A stretch of DNA of 64,000 nt, from the NCBI GenBank assembly GCA_046328335.1, contig JAXLWU010000005.1:156675-220674 (forward strand). Reading direction: 5' to 3'. Positions 10,330-18,026 of the stretch are shown piece after piece (the stretch's first letter is position 1; every line of letters starts with the position of its first letter). The position numbers were made by a program, and so were the translations under genes. Source of the stretch: Thermomicrobiales bacterium (GTDB lineage Bacteria > Chloroflexota > Chloroflexia > Thermomicrobiales > UBA6265). The notes beneath the pieces are model-generated. The model saw nothing but the letters and a program-made list of their open reading frames with translations, was not told the DNA's origin and did no database searches.

Positions 10330-10559
10330 CCCCTCACCCCACCCCCTCTCCCCGTGCGCGGGGCGAGGGGCTGTGTCGGGTCGTTGCGCGGTGGGCGTCG
10401 AGCGCCCCGCTTTTGGAGGGACAAGCGACGCTTGAGTGCGCCGCGCCGAAGCCGTGTCGTCCTGACGCAGGAGTGACCTCGGCCGTCGCACTGTCGGCAA
10501 CGACGCTCACAGCGGGAGCCCCTCGCCCCGCGCACGGGGAGAGGGGGTGGGGTGAGGGG
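10330..10559. repeat. MITE-like element 1 with about 42-nt terminal inverted repeats (family A)
   Basis: Left end CCCCTCACCCCACCCCCTCTCCCCGTGCGCGGGGCGAGGGGC (10330..10371). Right end is its inverted copy (10518..10559). The interior carries a family-B half unit (10454..10483). It lies between convergent gene ends. Confidence 0.7.
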
Positions 10560-10608
10560 CGTCCGGGGTGGTGGTGCGGTCGCTCGTCGGGGTCCGCCGT
10601 CTCGAGTC

Positions 10609-11769
10609 CTATGACGACCTGCCGACCAACCTTCCCCACAAATCACTGTGGACCAGCAGCACGTACCCCACCAGCGCCTTCGCCAGAGCGACGACATCGG
10701 CCAGATTGGCGCGGGGTTGGTCTTCGGCGTAGTGCCGGTTCGAGCAGAGCACCCCGAGCAAGCCGATATTCGCCGTCACCGCCACGGCGTTGATGTCTTC
10801 GCTGCGCGCCACGTAGCCGCCCCAGTTCTCGCGCAGGTCGATCCCGCGTGGCTGGAGCGCGGTGGCGAGGTGTCGCTGGATCGCGTAGAGCTGCGGCGGC
10901 GTCACGCTGCCGCGGCCGGCGCTGGAGCGCTCGGCGAAAACCGCGCCGTCTCCCATGGCCAGCCCGCTGGGACCGGCGCCGCGCACCATTGCCTCCGCTT
11001 CGTGAACGTCGCAGACCAGCACCAGTTCGGGTCGTGGAAAGAGATCGGCGAGACGGCGCCCGCCGCGGCAGAAGGACTGGTTGGCGTCGCCAGGGGGACC
11101 CTCTTCCTCGTCGGTAAACCCGAAGAGGACTTCCACCGGATAGTGCCGCAGCACCGTCGCCGCCAGCAGCAGCGCGGCGCAGCCGACGCTATCGTCGAGA
11201 TAGCCGGTGAGCCCGTTCGTGGTCCGATCCCAGACCAGGGATGAGTCGTAGACAACCCGGTCGCCCGGTCCGAGCGGTCCACCCTCCTGGATGACAAAGG
11301 AGACCGTCGCGCCATCGACCACGATCTCGCCGCGGGCGCGGACCGTCAGTGCGCCGCGAGCGAGATCGAAACCGAGCGCCAATCCTGGCCGCGCGCCGGC
11401 CCGCTGCATGTGATAGCAGAAGGGCACCAGCGGGTAGCGGTCGCCATCGCCGGGATCGACCATGTACGAAATCTGGTCGAGGTGCGCCAGCAACCAGACC
11501 CGCGGCTGGTGTGGCGTGGCGCCGACCACGAGCGCGGCGTTGCCCGTTCCCGCGGCATCGCGCTGCCACTTCACCCGCTCCGCGGTGAGGAGCCCTTCGT
11601 CCTGCAGGAACGCCTCGATGACCGGGATGCGCGCCCAGCGGGCGGTCTGCGATGGCGTCGGCGCCGCTTCCAGCGCCGCCAGCAGGTGAAAGGCGCGGTC
11701 CAGGGTGATCTCGTCCAGCCGCGCGCGTAATCCCGGCTGCGCCTCGAGTGTCGCCCCGATGGCCGCCAC
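10609..11769 (-). CDS. M42-family metallopeptidase-like protein
   Basis: 386-aa ORF with LLAHLDQISYMV, GYLDDSVGCAALL, FGFTDEEEGPPG and a CDVHEA-type layout resembling M42 aminopeptidase/endoglucanase-like proteins. The start is uncertain. Confidence 0.6.
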   Translation of the reverse strand: MAAIGATLEAQPGLRARLDEITLDRAFHLLAALEAAPTPSQTARWARIPVIEAFLQDEGLLTAERVKWQRDAAGTGNAALVVGATPHQPRVWLLAHLDQISYMVDPGDGDRYPLVPFCYHMQRAGARPGLALGFDLARGALTVRARGEIVVDGATVSFVIQEGGPLGPGDRVVYDSSLVWDRTTNGLTGYLDDSVGCAALLLAATVLRHYPVEVLFGFTDEEEGPPGDANQSFCRGGRRLADLFPRPELVLVCDVHEAEAMVRGAGPSGLAMGDGAVFAERSSAGRGSVTPPQLYAIQRHLATALQPRGIDLRENWGGYVARSEDINAVAVTANIGLLGVLCSNRHYAEDQPRANLADVVALAKALVGYVLLVHSDLWGRLVGRSS

Positions 11770-12734
11770 CTGCGTCGCTTCGATCCTGGTGACACCCGCC
11801 GCGCGCGGGGCCGCAACGCGGCCAGTCGCGCCGCCACCTTTCCCGGATCGGGCTGCATTCCGGCCTGGGCGCCGTAGCCCTGGATGGCGAACGAGGCGGC
11901 CACGGTGCCGCGCAAACCCGCCTCCAGTGGATCAGCGTGGGAGACGAGACCGGCGAGAAATCCGCCGCACCAGGCATCGCCCGCGCCGATCGTGTCGACC
12001 ACCGGGACGGCGAGCGCGGGAATCTCCCACAGCGCGTCCGCCTCGCGGTCATAGACCAGCGCCCCGCGCGCGCCGCGCTTGACCGCCACCACCCGCGGCC
12101 CGTGGTTCGCCAACCGGCGCAACGTCCCCGGCAGATCCTCCCTGCCCCAGAGGTGCGCCACTTCCTTGTCGCTCGGCAGGAAGGCATCGACCCCGGCGAG
12201 GAAGGCCGGGTCGCGGTACGGGGCGACATCGAAGAACGACTCGGTCCAGATATCGAGGGTGATCACCGCCCGCGGCGCCTGCTGGCGAATCGCGGCCACC
12301 GCCGCGCGCTGCGTATTGGGCAACGACGGCGCGACGTGAAATCCGGAGGCCGCCGCGTAGGCGGCTGGCAGCGGACCGCGCGCGGCATCGAGCGTGACCG
12401 GATCGGCGGCGTGCAACTTGGGAAGTTGTTGCTTACCCGCGTCGCCTTCCTCCAGCAACCAGAGCCGGAGACTACGCGGGGGACCGGTCGTCACCCCCTG
12501 CAAGTCGATACCTGCCGCCGCGATCTGCTCCCGGTAGCGCGCCGGGTAATCGCCACCGGAGCAGCCGTGGATACCGACCACGGCCCCCCACGTCCGCGCC
12601 CCGACGGCGGAAAAGAGGGCGCCGCCGCCGAGGGTGTCGCGCAGCACCCGGCCGTCGTTGAGCACCAGATCGTCCAGGGTCAAGTACCCGCTGGTGACAA
12701 GCGCGACCATGCTCGGCCCTATGATTCTCGCCAT
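11571..12734 (-). CDS. PfkB-family carbohydrate kinase; 3' end suspicious
   Basis: Ribokinase-like N-terminus and the DTIGAGDAWCGGF signature. After about 310 aa the frame runs as an R/S/P-rich tail overlapping the next gene by 199 nt, so the true stop was probably lost to an indel near 11770..11830. Confidence 0.75.
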   Translation of the reverse strand: MARIIGPSMVALVTSGYLTLDDLVLNDGRVLRDTLGGGALFSAVGARTWGAVVGIHGCSGGDYPARYREQIAAAGIDLQGVTTGPPRSLRLWLLEEGDAGKQQLPKLHAADPVTLDAARGPLPAAYAAASGFHVAPSLPNTQRAAVAAIRQQAPRAVITLDIWTESFFDVAPYRDPAFLAGVDAFLPSDKEVAHLWGREDLPGTLRRLANHGPRVVAVKRGARGALVYDREADALWEIPALAVPVVDTIGAGDAWCGGFLAGLVSHADPLEAGLRGTVAASFAIQGYGAQAGMQPDPGKVAARLAALRPRARRVSPGSKRRRWRPSGRHSRRSRDYARGWTRSPWTAPFTCWRRWKRRRRHRRPPAGRASRSSRRSCRTKGSSPRSG

Positions 12735-12769
12735 ACGGCGGCAAGAGGGATCAGACGGTCAGGCCGGGC

Positions 12770-12829
12770 GGGCGACGCAGGCGTCGCCCCTACAGCGGGG
12801 TCTCCGTAGGGGCGACGCTTGCGTCGCCC
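12770..12829. repeat. Family D long palindrome (GGGCGACGCAGGCGTCGCCCCTAC ... GTAGGGGCGACGCTTGCGTCGCCC)
   Basis: About 24-nt arms around a 12-nt loop, in the spacer between the permease stop and the PfkB start. A second copy lies at 61064..61138. Confidence 0.7.
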
Positions 12830-12878
12830 GTGCGCACCCAATCGTGGAATTACGGTCTGGAAACCCGCATCCACGGCG

Positions 12879-13865
12879 CTAACTCCGGTGGCCACGCCCG
12901 ACGATCCAGACGGCGATGATGATCAGCGCCCCCTTGGCCAGCGGCTGGGCAAAGGGGCTGACCCCCATCAGGTTGAGCACATTGCTGAGAATGCCGATGA
13001 TCAGCGCGCCGAGGAAGGTGCCGATCACGCCGCCCTGTCCCCCGAAGAGGGAGGTGCCGCCGACCACGACCGCCGCGATGGCGTCGAGTTCGTACCCCTC
13101 GCCGGCGATCGCCGGGGCCGAGGCGAACTGCGAGGTGTACATGATCGCGCCGACCGCCGCCGTGAATCCCGAGATCATGTAGACCGCGACCTTCACCCGG
13201 CCGACCTCGATGCCGCTCAACCGCGCCGCTTCCTCGTTGCTGCCGACGGCGTAGACGGCGCGGCCAAAGGGGGTGTAGCGCAGGACAAAGGCCGCGATGA
13301 CCAGGATGATCAGCAGGATGATGACCGGGATGGGAATCCGCCAGAGATACCCGATCCCCAGTTGGAGGTAGCGCATATCGACCACCGGGATCGGTTCGCC
13401 TCCCGTGTAGAGGAAGGCGAGGCTGCGCGCGATCCCCAGCATGCCGAGGGTCATCACGAACGGCTGCACTCGGCCGATGGTCACGCCCAGGCCGTTGGCG
13501 AATCCGACGAGCGTTCCCGCGGCAAGGGCCACGAGCATCGCCAGCCAGATCATGCCGGTGCTTTCCAGGTTGCCGGCAAGAAGGACCGCGCTGAGCGCCA
13601 GACAGGCGCCGACCGAGAGATCGATGCCGGCGGTGAGGATGACGAAGGTCATGCCGATGCCGAGTACGCCCACGATCGCCACCTGCCGGAAGACGTTGAG
13701 CAGATTCACCGGACTGAGGAAGCGTGGCGACAGAATCGAGGCGACAATCACGAGCAGGATCAGGGCGATGAAGGTACCGTAGCGGCCGAGGATGTCCCGC
13801 ATGTCGATGCCCCGGCGCGTACCGCCCGGGGCGCGTTCAACCGGCAGCGACTGCTGCATGCTCAT
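12879..13865 (-). CDS. Sugar ABC transporter permease (RbsC/AraH-like)
   Basis: Multi-TM ORF (FRQVAIVGVLGIGMTFVILTAGIDLSVGA...). The start MSMQQS overlaps the ATPase stop. Confidence 0.85.
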   Translation of the reverse strand: MSMQQSLPVERAPGGTRRGIDMRDILGRYGTFIALILLVIVASILSPRFLSPVNLLNVFRQVAIVGVLGIGMTFVILTAGIDLSVGACLALSAVLLAGNLESTGMIWLAMLVALAAGTLVGFANGLGVTIGRVQPFVMTLGMLGIARSLAFLYTGGEPIPVVDMRYLQLGIGYLWRIPIPVIILLIILVIAAFVLRYTPFGRAVYAVGSNEEAARLSGIEVGRVKVAVYMISGFTAAVGAIMYTSQFASAPAIAGEGYELDAIAAVVVGGTSLFGGQGGVIGTFLGALIIGILSNVLNLMGVSPFAQPLAKGALIIIAVWIVGRGHRS

Positions 13866-15366
13866 CGCTCTGCCCTCCCAGGACCATCGCCGCCACCACA
13901 TCCTCTTCGCGTAACGAGTCCCCCGCGTATTCGCCGACCAGCCGCCCCTCCCGCATCACCATGATGCGCGGGCAGATGGCGAACAGTTCCTTCAATTCCG
14001 AGGAGACGACCAGCACCGCCGCGCCTTGCTCCGCCAGGGCGTGGATGAGGCGATAGATCTCCTCCTTGGCGCCGACATCGACGCCCCGCGTCGGTTCGTC
14101 GAAGAGGAGGATGCCGCACTGCCGCGCCAGCCAGCGGGCGAGCACCACTTTCTGCTGATTGCCGCCGCTGAGGGTCACCACCGGTTGTCCCGGGCCGCGG
14201 GCGGCGATCTGCAACTCTGCCATCAGTTTCCGCACTTCCCGCTCTTCCCGATCGGGGCGGAGAACACCAAATCGGGAGAGGCGGCGCAGGCTGGCGAGAC
14301 TGATGTTCTCGCGCAGGGCCCGATCGAGGAGCAGACCCTGCCGTTTACGGTCTTCCGGTAACAGCCCGAGTCCGCGCCGCAGCGCCTGCGCCGGGGAACG
14401 GAACCGCACCGGCGTGCCATCGACGATGATCTCTCCGCTGTCCGGCCGGTCGGCGCCGAAGATCGCGCGCAGCACCTCGCTCCGCCCGGAACCAACCAGC
14501 CCGGCGATTCCCACCACCTCGCCGGCGTGCAGCCGGAGCGAGATATCGGCGAAGGCGCCCTCCCGACTCAGGCCGCGCACGTCGAGCCGGATCGGCGCGG
14601 CCTGATCGCCGCGCGCCGTCGAAATCACGCCGAGATCGCGCCCGGTCATCGCCCGCACCAGTCCCGGCATCGTCACCTCGCCGACCGGCCAACTGCCGAC
14701 CAGTTGCCCATCCTTGAGCACGGTGACCCGGTCCGCGATCTCGAAGATCTCCTCCAGACGATGGGAGATGTAGACGATCGCCACCCCCTGATCGCGCAGG
14801 CGGCGGATCACCGCGAAGAGATGCTCCAGGTCGCGCAGGCCGAGCGTCGCCGATGGTTCGTCGAGGACGAGGATGCGCGAATCGCGCGAGAGCGCCTTGG
14901 CGATCTCCACCAGTTGCTGCTGCGCCGTGCTGAGCCGCCCGACCGGCGCAGTGAGCGGCAGGGTGACGCCAAGTTGCGCCAGCAGCGCCGCGACCTGCTG
15001 CCGCGCCGCCGGCCAATCGACCGCCAGTCCCGCGCTGCGCGGCAGGTGACCCATCAGCACGTTCTCGGCGACCGAGAGGTGCGGGCAAAGTACCAACTCC
15101 TGATAGATGACCGCAATGCCCGCCGCCAGCGCTTCGGCTGGGGAACTGAAATCGACCGGCTGGCCATGAAGGCGCATTGCCCCCGCGTCTCGCCGCAGTG
15201 CCCCGCCCAGGATCTTGATCAGGGTCGATTTTCCGGCGCCGTTCTCACCGAGCAGGGCGTGAATCTCTCCGGCGCGCAGGGTGAAATCGACGCCATCGAC
15301 GGCGGTCACGCCGGGAAAGCGCCGGGTCAGCCCTGCGATTTCGAGGAGCGGCGGTTCAGTGTGCAA
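13837..15366 (-). CDS. Sugar ABC transporter ATP-binding protein (two fused ABC domains)
   Basis: Walker A GENGAGKST, signature LSTAQQQ / LSGGNQQK, and Walker B ILVLDEP / ILLFDEP. Confidence 0.9.
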   Translation of the reverse strand: MHTEPPLLEIAGLTRRFPGVTAVDGVDFTLRAGEIHALLGENGAGKSTLIKILGGALRRDAGAMRLHGQPVDFSSPAEALAAGIAVIYQELVLCPHLSVAENVLMGHLPRSAGLAVDWPAARQQVAALLAQLGVTLPLTAPVGRLSTAQQQLVEIAKALSRDSRILVLDEPSATLGLRDLEHLFAVIRRLRDQGVAIVYISHRLEEIFEIADRVTVLKDGQLVGSWPVGEVTMPGLVRAMTGRDLGVISTARGDQAAPIRLDVRGLSREGAFADISLRLHAGEVVGIAGLVGSGRSEVLRAIFGADRPDSGEIIVDGTPVRFRSPAQALRRGLGLLPEDRKRQGLLLDRALRENISLASLRRLSRFGVLRPDREEREVRKLMAELQIAARGPGQPVVTLSGGNQQKVVLARWLARQCGILLFDEPTRGVDVGAKEEIYRLIHALAEQGAAVLVVSSELKELFAICPRIMVMREGRLVGEYAGDSLREEDVVAAMVLGGQSDEHAAVAAG

Positions 15367-15372
15367 GGATTG

Positions 15373-15564
15373 CCCTCACCCCGACCCCAGACGCCCCTCA
15401 CCCCAACCCCTCTCCCCGTGCGCGGGGAGAGGGGCTTCTGGTGACGAGGCCCAGTCTTTATCTCTGATCGAGTCTACTGACGAATCAATGCCGGAATCTG
15501 CTTCTCGAGTGCCCAAGAGAGCCCCTCGCCCCGCGCACGGGGAGAGCGGTTGGGGTGAGGGGGG
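15373..15564. repeat. MITE-like element 2 (family A inverted ends) filling the SBP-ATPase spacer
   Basis: 15394..15435 is CCCCTCACCCCAACCCCTCTCCCCGTGCGCGGGGAGAGGGGC. Its inverted copy is 15521..15563. The element abuts the SBP stop codon (15565). Confidence 0.7.
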
Positions 15565-16794
15565 CTACGACGCGCAGGGATTTTCCGGCGGCGCGAAGTC
15601 GCCCCAGCCCTTGCCGAGCCACTCGTCGACATTCTCGGCGGTCACCACCGGCAGATCGGGCAGCCGGTAGAGTTTGCCTTCGAACTCGTAATCCTGCAGA
15701 TCGGGAATCTCGATCCCCTGCAGCGCCATCAGCGCGGCGCGCACCCCGACGTCGCCGATGAATGGGCTGTAGTTGCCGTCGGCGGCGAAAAGGCCGTCCT
15801 TGACCGACTGGAAGCCGGCGTTGGAGGCATCGTGGGTGAACTGGAGGATATTGTCGCCGCAGCGGCCCGCCCGCGCGATCGAGAACTGGGCGCCCCACGA
15901 GGACTCTTCGGCGTGGCTGAAGACCGCGTTGATCACCGGATTGGCGACCAGGAAGTCGTCCATCAACTTGACCGCCGGGTCGCGGATCCACTCCGCGTCG
16001 CCAGAGGCGACGACGGTGATCGCCGGCGCCGAGGTCAGCGCCTCGTACATTCCCTTCTGGCGGTCGATGGCCGGTGACGAGCCGATCAGGCCGGTCAACT
16101 CGACGATGTTCCCCTTGCCGTCGAGCATCTTGACCATCACGTCGCCGACGCCTTTGGCCATGGTCACGTTCGACTGCCCGATGAAGACCGTCTTCGCCAC
16201 CTCGACATCGCGATCGAGGAGGATGAGCGGCTTGCCGGCGGCCATCACCTTCAACGCGGCCGGGGCGAGACCGGCGGATTCGACCGGGCTCATCACGATG
16301 GCGTCGACATCCTGGGCGAGGAGGTCATCGACGTCGTTGTTCTGCTTGCGAATATCGACGTTGCCGTCGGTGATCACCATCGAGACGTTCGGATGGCGGG
16401 CGACCTCGGCCTGGGCCGATTTGATCATCTCCACCCGCCAGGGATGGTTGAACCCGGTCTGGGAAAAGCCGATCACGATCGGATCACCGCCGACTTCCCC
16501 GGCGTCCATGGGGAGGATGTCGGTGAAGGGGAGAACGTCGTCGTAGAACTTGAGCAACTCGTCGTTGGTCATGTCCGAGATCGGCTGCTTCTCTTGCAGC
16601 GCGCTGGCGAGGGCGAAGCGGCGGACCCGCGGCGCCGCGGCCGCCGGGCGCAGTTCCGGCGCGAGTGCGGCCAGGACCAGGCCAAGCCCGCCGAGTTTGG
16701 TGGCGCGGCTCGCCAGCTCACGGCGGGAGATGCGTCCCCGGAAGTAATCGGTCAGTAGCGCGTCGATGCGTCGTTCCTTGCGATCGTCAAGCAT
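15565..16794 (-). CDS. Sugar ABC transporter substrate-binding protein with Tat-like signal
   Basis: 409-aa ORF. N-terminus RISRRELASRATKLGGLGLVLAAL, followed by a periplasmic-binding-protein fold pattern (VGFSQTGFNHPWRVEMIKSAQAE...). Confidence 0.85.
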   Translation of the reverse strand: MLDDRKERRIDALLTDYFRGRISRRELASRATKLGGLGLVLAALAPELRPAAAAPRVRRFALASALQEKQPISDMTNDELLKFYDDVLPFTDILPMDAGEVGGDPIVIGFSQTGFNHPWRVEMIKSAQAEVARHPNVSMVITDGNVDIRKQNNDVDDLLAQDVDAIVMSPVESAGLAPAALKVMAAGKPLILLDRDVEVAKTVFIGQSNVTMAKGVGDVMVKMLDGKGNIVELTGLIGSSPAIDRQKGMYEALTSAPAITVVASGDAEWIRDPAVKLMDDFLVANPVINAVFSHAEESSWGAQFSIARAGRCGDNILQFTHDASNAGFQSVKDGLFAADGNYSPFIGDVGVRAALMALQGIEIPDLQDYEFEGKLYRLPDLPVVTAENVDEWLGKGWGDFAPPENPCAS

Positions 16795-16824
16795 GGCAGT
16801 ACCTCCGGGCGCAGCGCGCCCACC

Positions 16825-17601
16825 TCACGAACCGATGGCTGCCGGCCGTTCATCGAGACGCCGGCCCCGGGAGAGATCTACGCGATAGCGGTACGTGTCG
16901 CCGCGGAAGACGAGTTTCACCGATTCGACTGGCGTGCCGGACGCCAGCCAGGAGAGCCGCCGCACCACCAGAACGGGTGCGCCAGCCGGGACCGCGAGGA
17001 GCTTCACCTCCTTCCTGTCGGCAATCGCCGGCTCGACCGTCTCCTCCGCTTTCCAGAGCGGATCGGCGAGCACCTGGTCGAGCGTGGCATAGAGCGACGT
17101 ATTGGCGAGGGTGGCGGGATCGATCTGCCCCGGACCGTCGCCAAAGAGCCAGGACGGGTAGTAGCCAAGTTGCAGACCCATCGGGGCGCCGTCGGCGAGG
17201 AGCAGCCGCTCGACGCAGTAGGCGGCGTCAGCCGTGCCGAGGCGCAGCGCCTCCCGCGCTTCGGGCGGGGGATCGACGCGGTCAGCGGCGAGCAGCTGGT
17301 AGGAGGGCATCAGGCCCTGGGCCCGCATGTTCTCGGAGAAACTGGTGAAGGCGGCGAGCGGCGCGACCTTGCGCGCGGCGACATAGGTGCCCTTGCCGGG
17401 GACCCGGTAGAGCGCCCCTTCCTGGACCAGCGCCTTCAGCGCCTGGCGGACGGTGATGCGGCTGACGCCGTGCCGCCGCTCCAATTCCGCCTCGGAATCG
17501 ACGCGGTCGCCGGCCTTCAGGCCGCCCACGCGAATCTCCTCCAGTACGGCATCGCGCAACTGGAGATAGAGCGGAGTCGAGGTACGCCGATCGACAGCCA
17601 C
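16825..17601 (-). CDS. GntR-family (HutC-type, UTRA domain) transcriptional regulator
   Basis: N-terminal PLYLQLRDAVLEEIRVGGLKAGDRVDSEAELERRHGVSRITVRQALKALVQEGALYRVPGKGTYV is a classic GntR wHTH. It heads the ABC/kinase operon. Confidence 0.9.
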   Translation of the reverse strand: MAVDRRTSTPLYLQLRDAVLEEIRVGGLKAGDRVDSEAELERRHGVSRITVRQALKALVQEGALYRVPGKGTYVAARKVAPLAAFTSFSENMRAQGLMPSYQLLAADRVDPPPEAREALRLGTADAAYCVERLLLADGAPMGLQLGYYPSWLFGDGPGQIDPATLANTSLYATLDQVLADPLWKAEETVEPAIADRKEVKLLAVPAGAPVLVVRRLSWLASGTPVESVKLVFRGDTYRYRVDLSRGRRLDERPAAIGS

Positions 17602-17647
17602 GCGGTTCCCCGGCTGATCCTCATCTCATCTGCGGCAAGGTGACCCG

Positions 17648-17665
17648 AGTATACCAGGGTATACC
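17648..17665. promoter_or_regulatory. Candidate GntR operator (two GTATACC half-sites 10 nt apart)
   Basis: AGTATACCAGGGTATACC lies 47-64 nt upstream of the GntR start. GGTATACC is itself palindromic. Confidence 0.3.
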
Positions 17666-17759
17666 TGGAAATGGGAAGAGTGCAATGCGTGCGGTGGCGC
17701 CGAGGTCACGGCATGCCGCTACCGTTGCGCCGGTGGTTTGGAGCGGGGTGCGAAACATT

Positions 17760-17845
17760 GTGTCGTTCCGAACCGCGGCGAGGAATCTCGTTTTCGGTCT
17801 CGATCGAAGTTAGCGTCGAGGTCCCTCCTGCGGTCGGGACGACAC
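17760..17845. repeat. Family B/C palindromic unit U1
   Basis: GTGTCGTTCCGAACCGCGGCGAGGAATCTCG ... CGAGGTCCCTCCTGCGGTCGGGACGACAC. The arms are imperfect inverted copies. Confidence 0.7.
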
Positions 17846-18026
17846 GACGTACGCACGGTGCTCTATTCACCGGCTACCGCCAGCCGAAAAGCCTCGTGAA
17901 CGGGACTTCACCGCGTGTGCATGCGGAAGGGCGCATCTGACACCACAGATTCGCGACCCGGAAACGGAGTCAGGAGAATCATCTCAGCCCCGTGCCCAGG
18001 GCTTGCGTGGGGCTAGCCGGACGTCT

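Noticed and set aside
10236-10697. ORFs containing strings such as PLTPTPLPVRGERG, SPRARGEGLG, CRSEPRRGIS, VVPTEEGPRR, ATQASPLQ and RGDACVA.
   Set aside because: They are translations of the intergenic repeat families A-D in various frames, not genes.
17644-17668. Shared 9-10-mers between the abiEi palindrome and the GntR upstream region (CGAGTATACC, CAGGGTATAC), and a shared 12-mer TGAGCGAATCTG at 57711 and 63765.
   Set aside because: Exact matches of 10-12 nt between two sites are expected by chance many times in a 64-kb window. GTATAC is self-complementary, which inflates apparent similarity.
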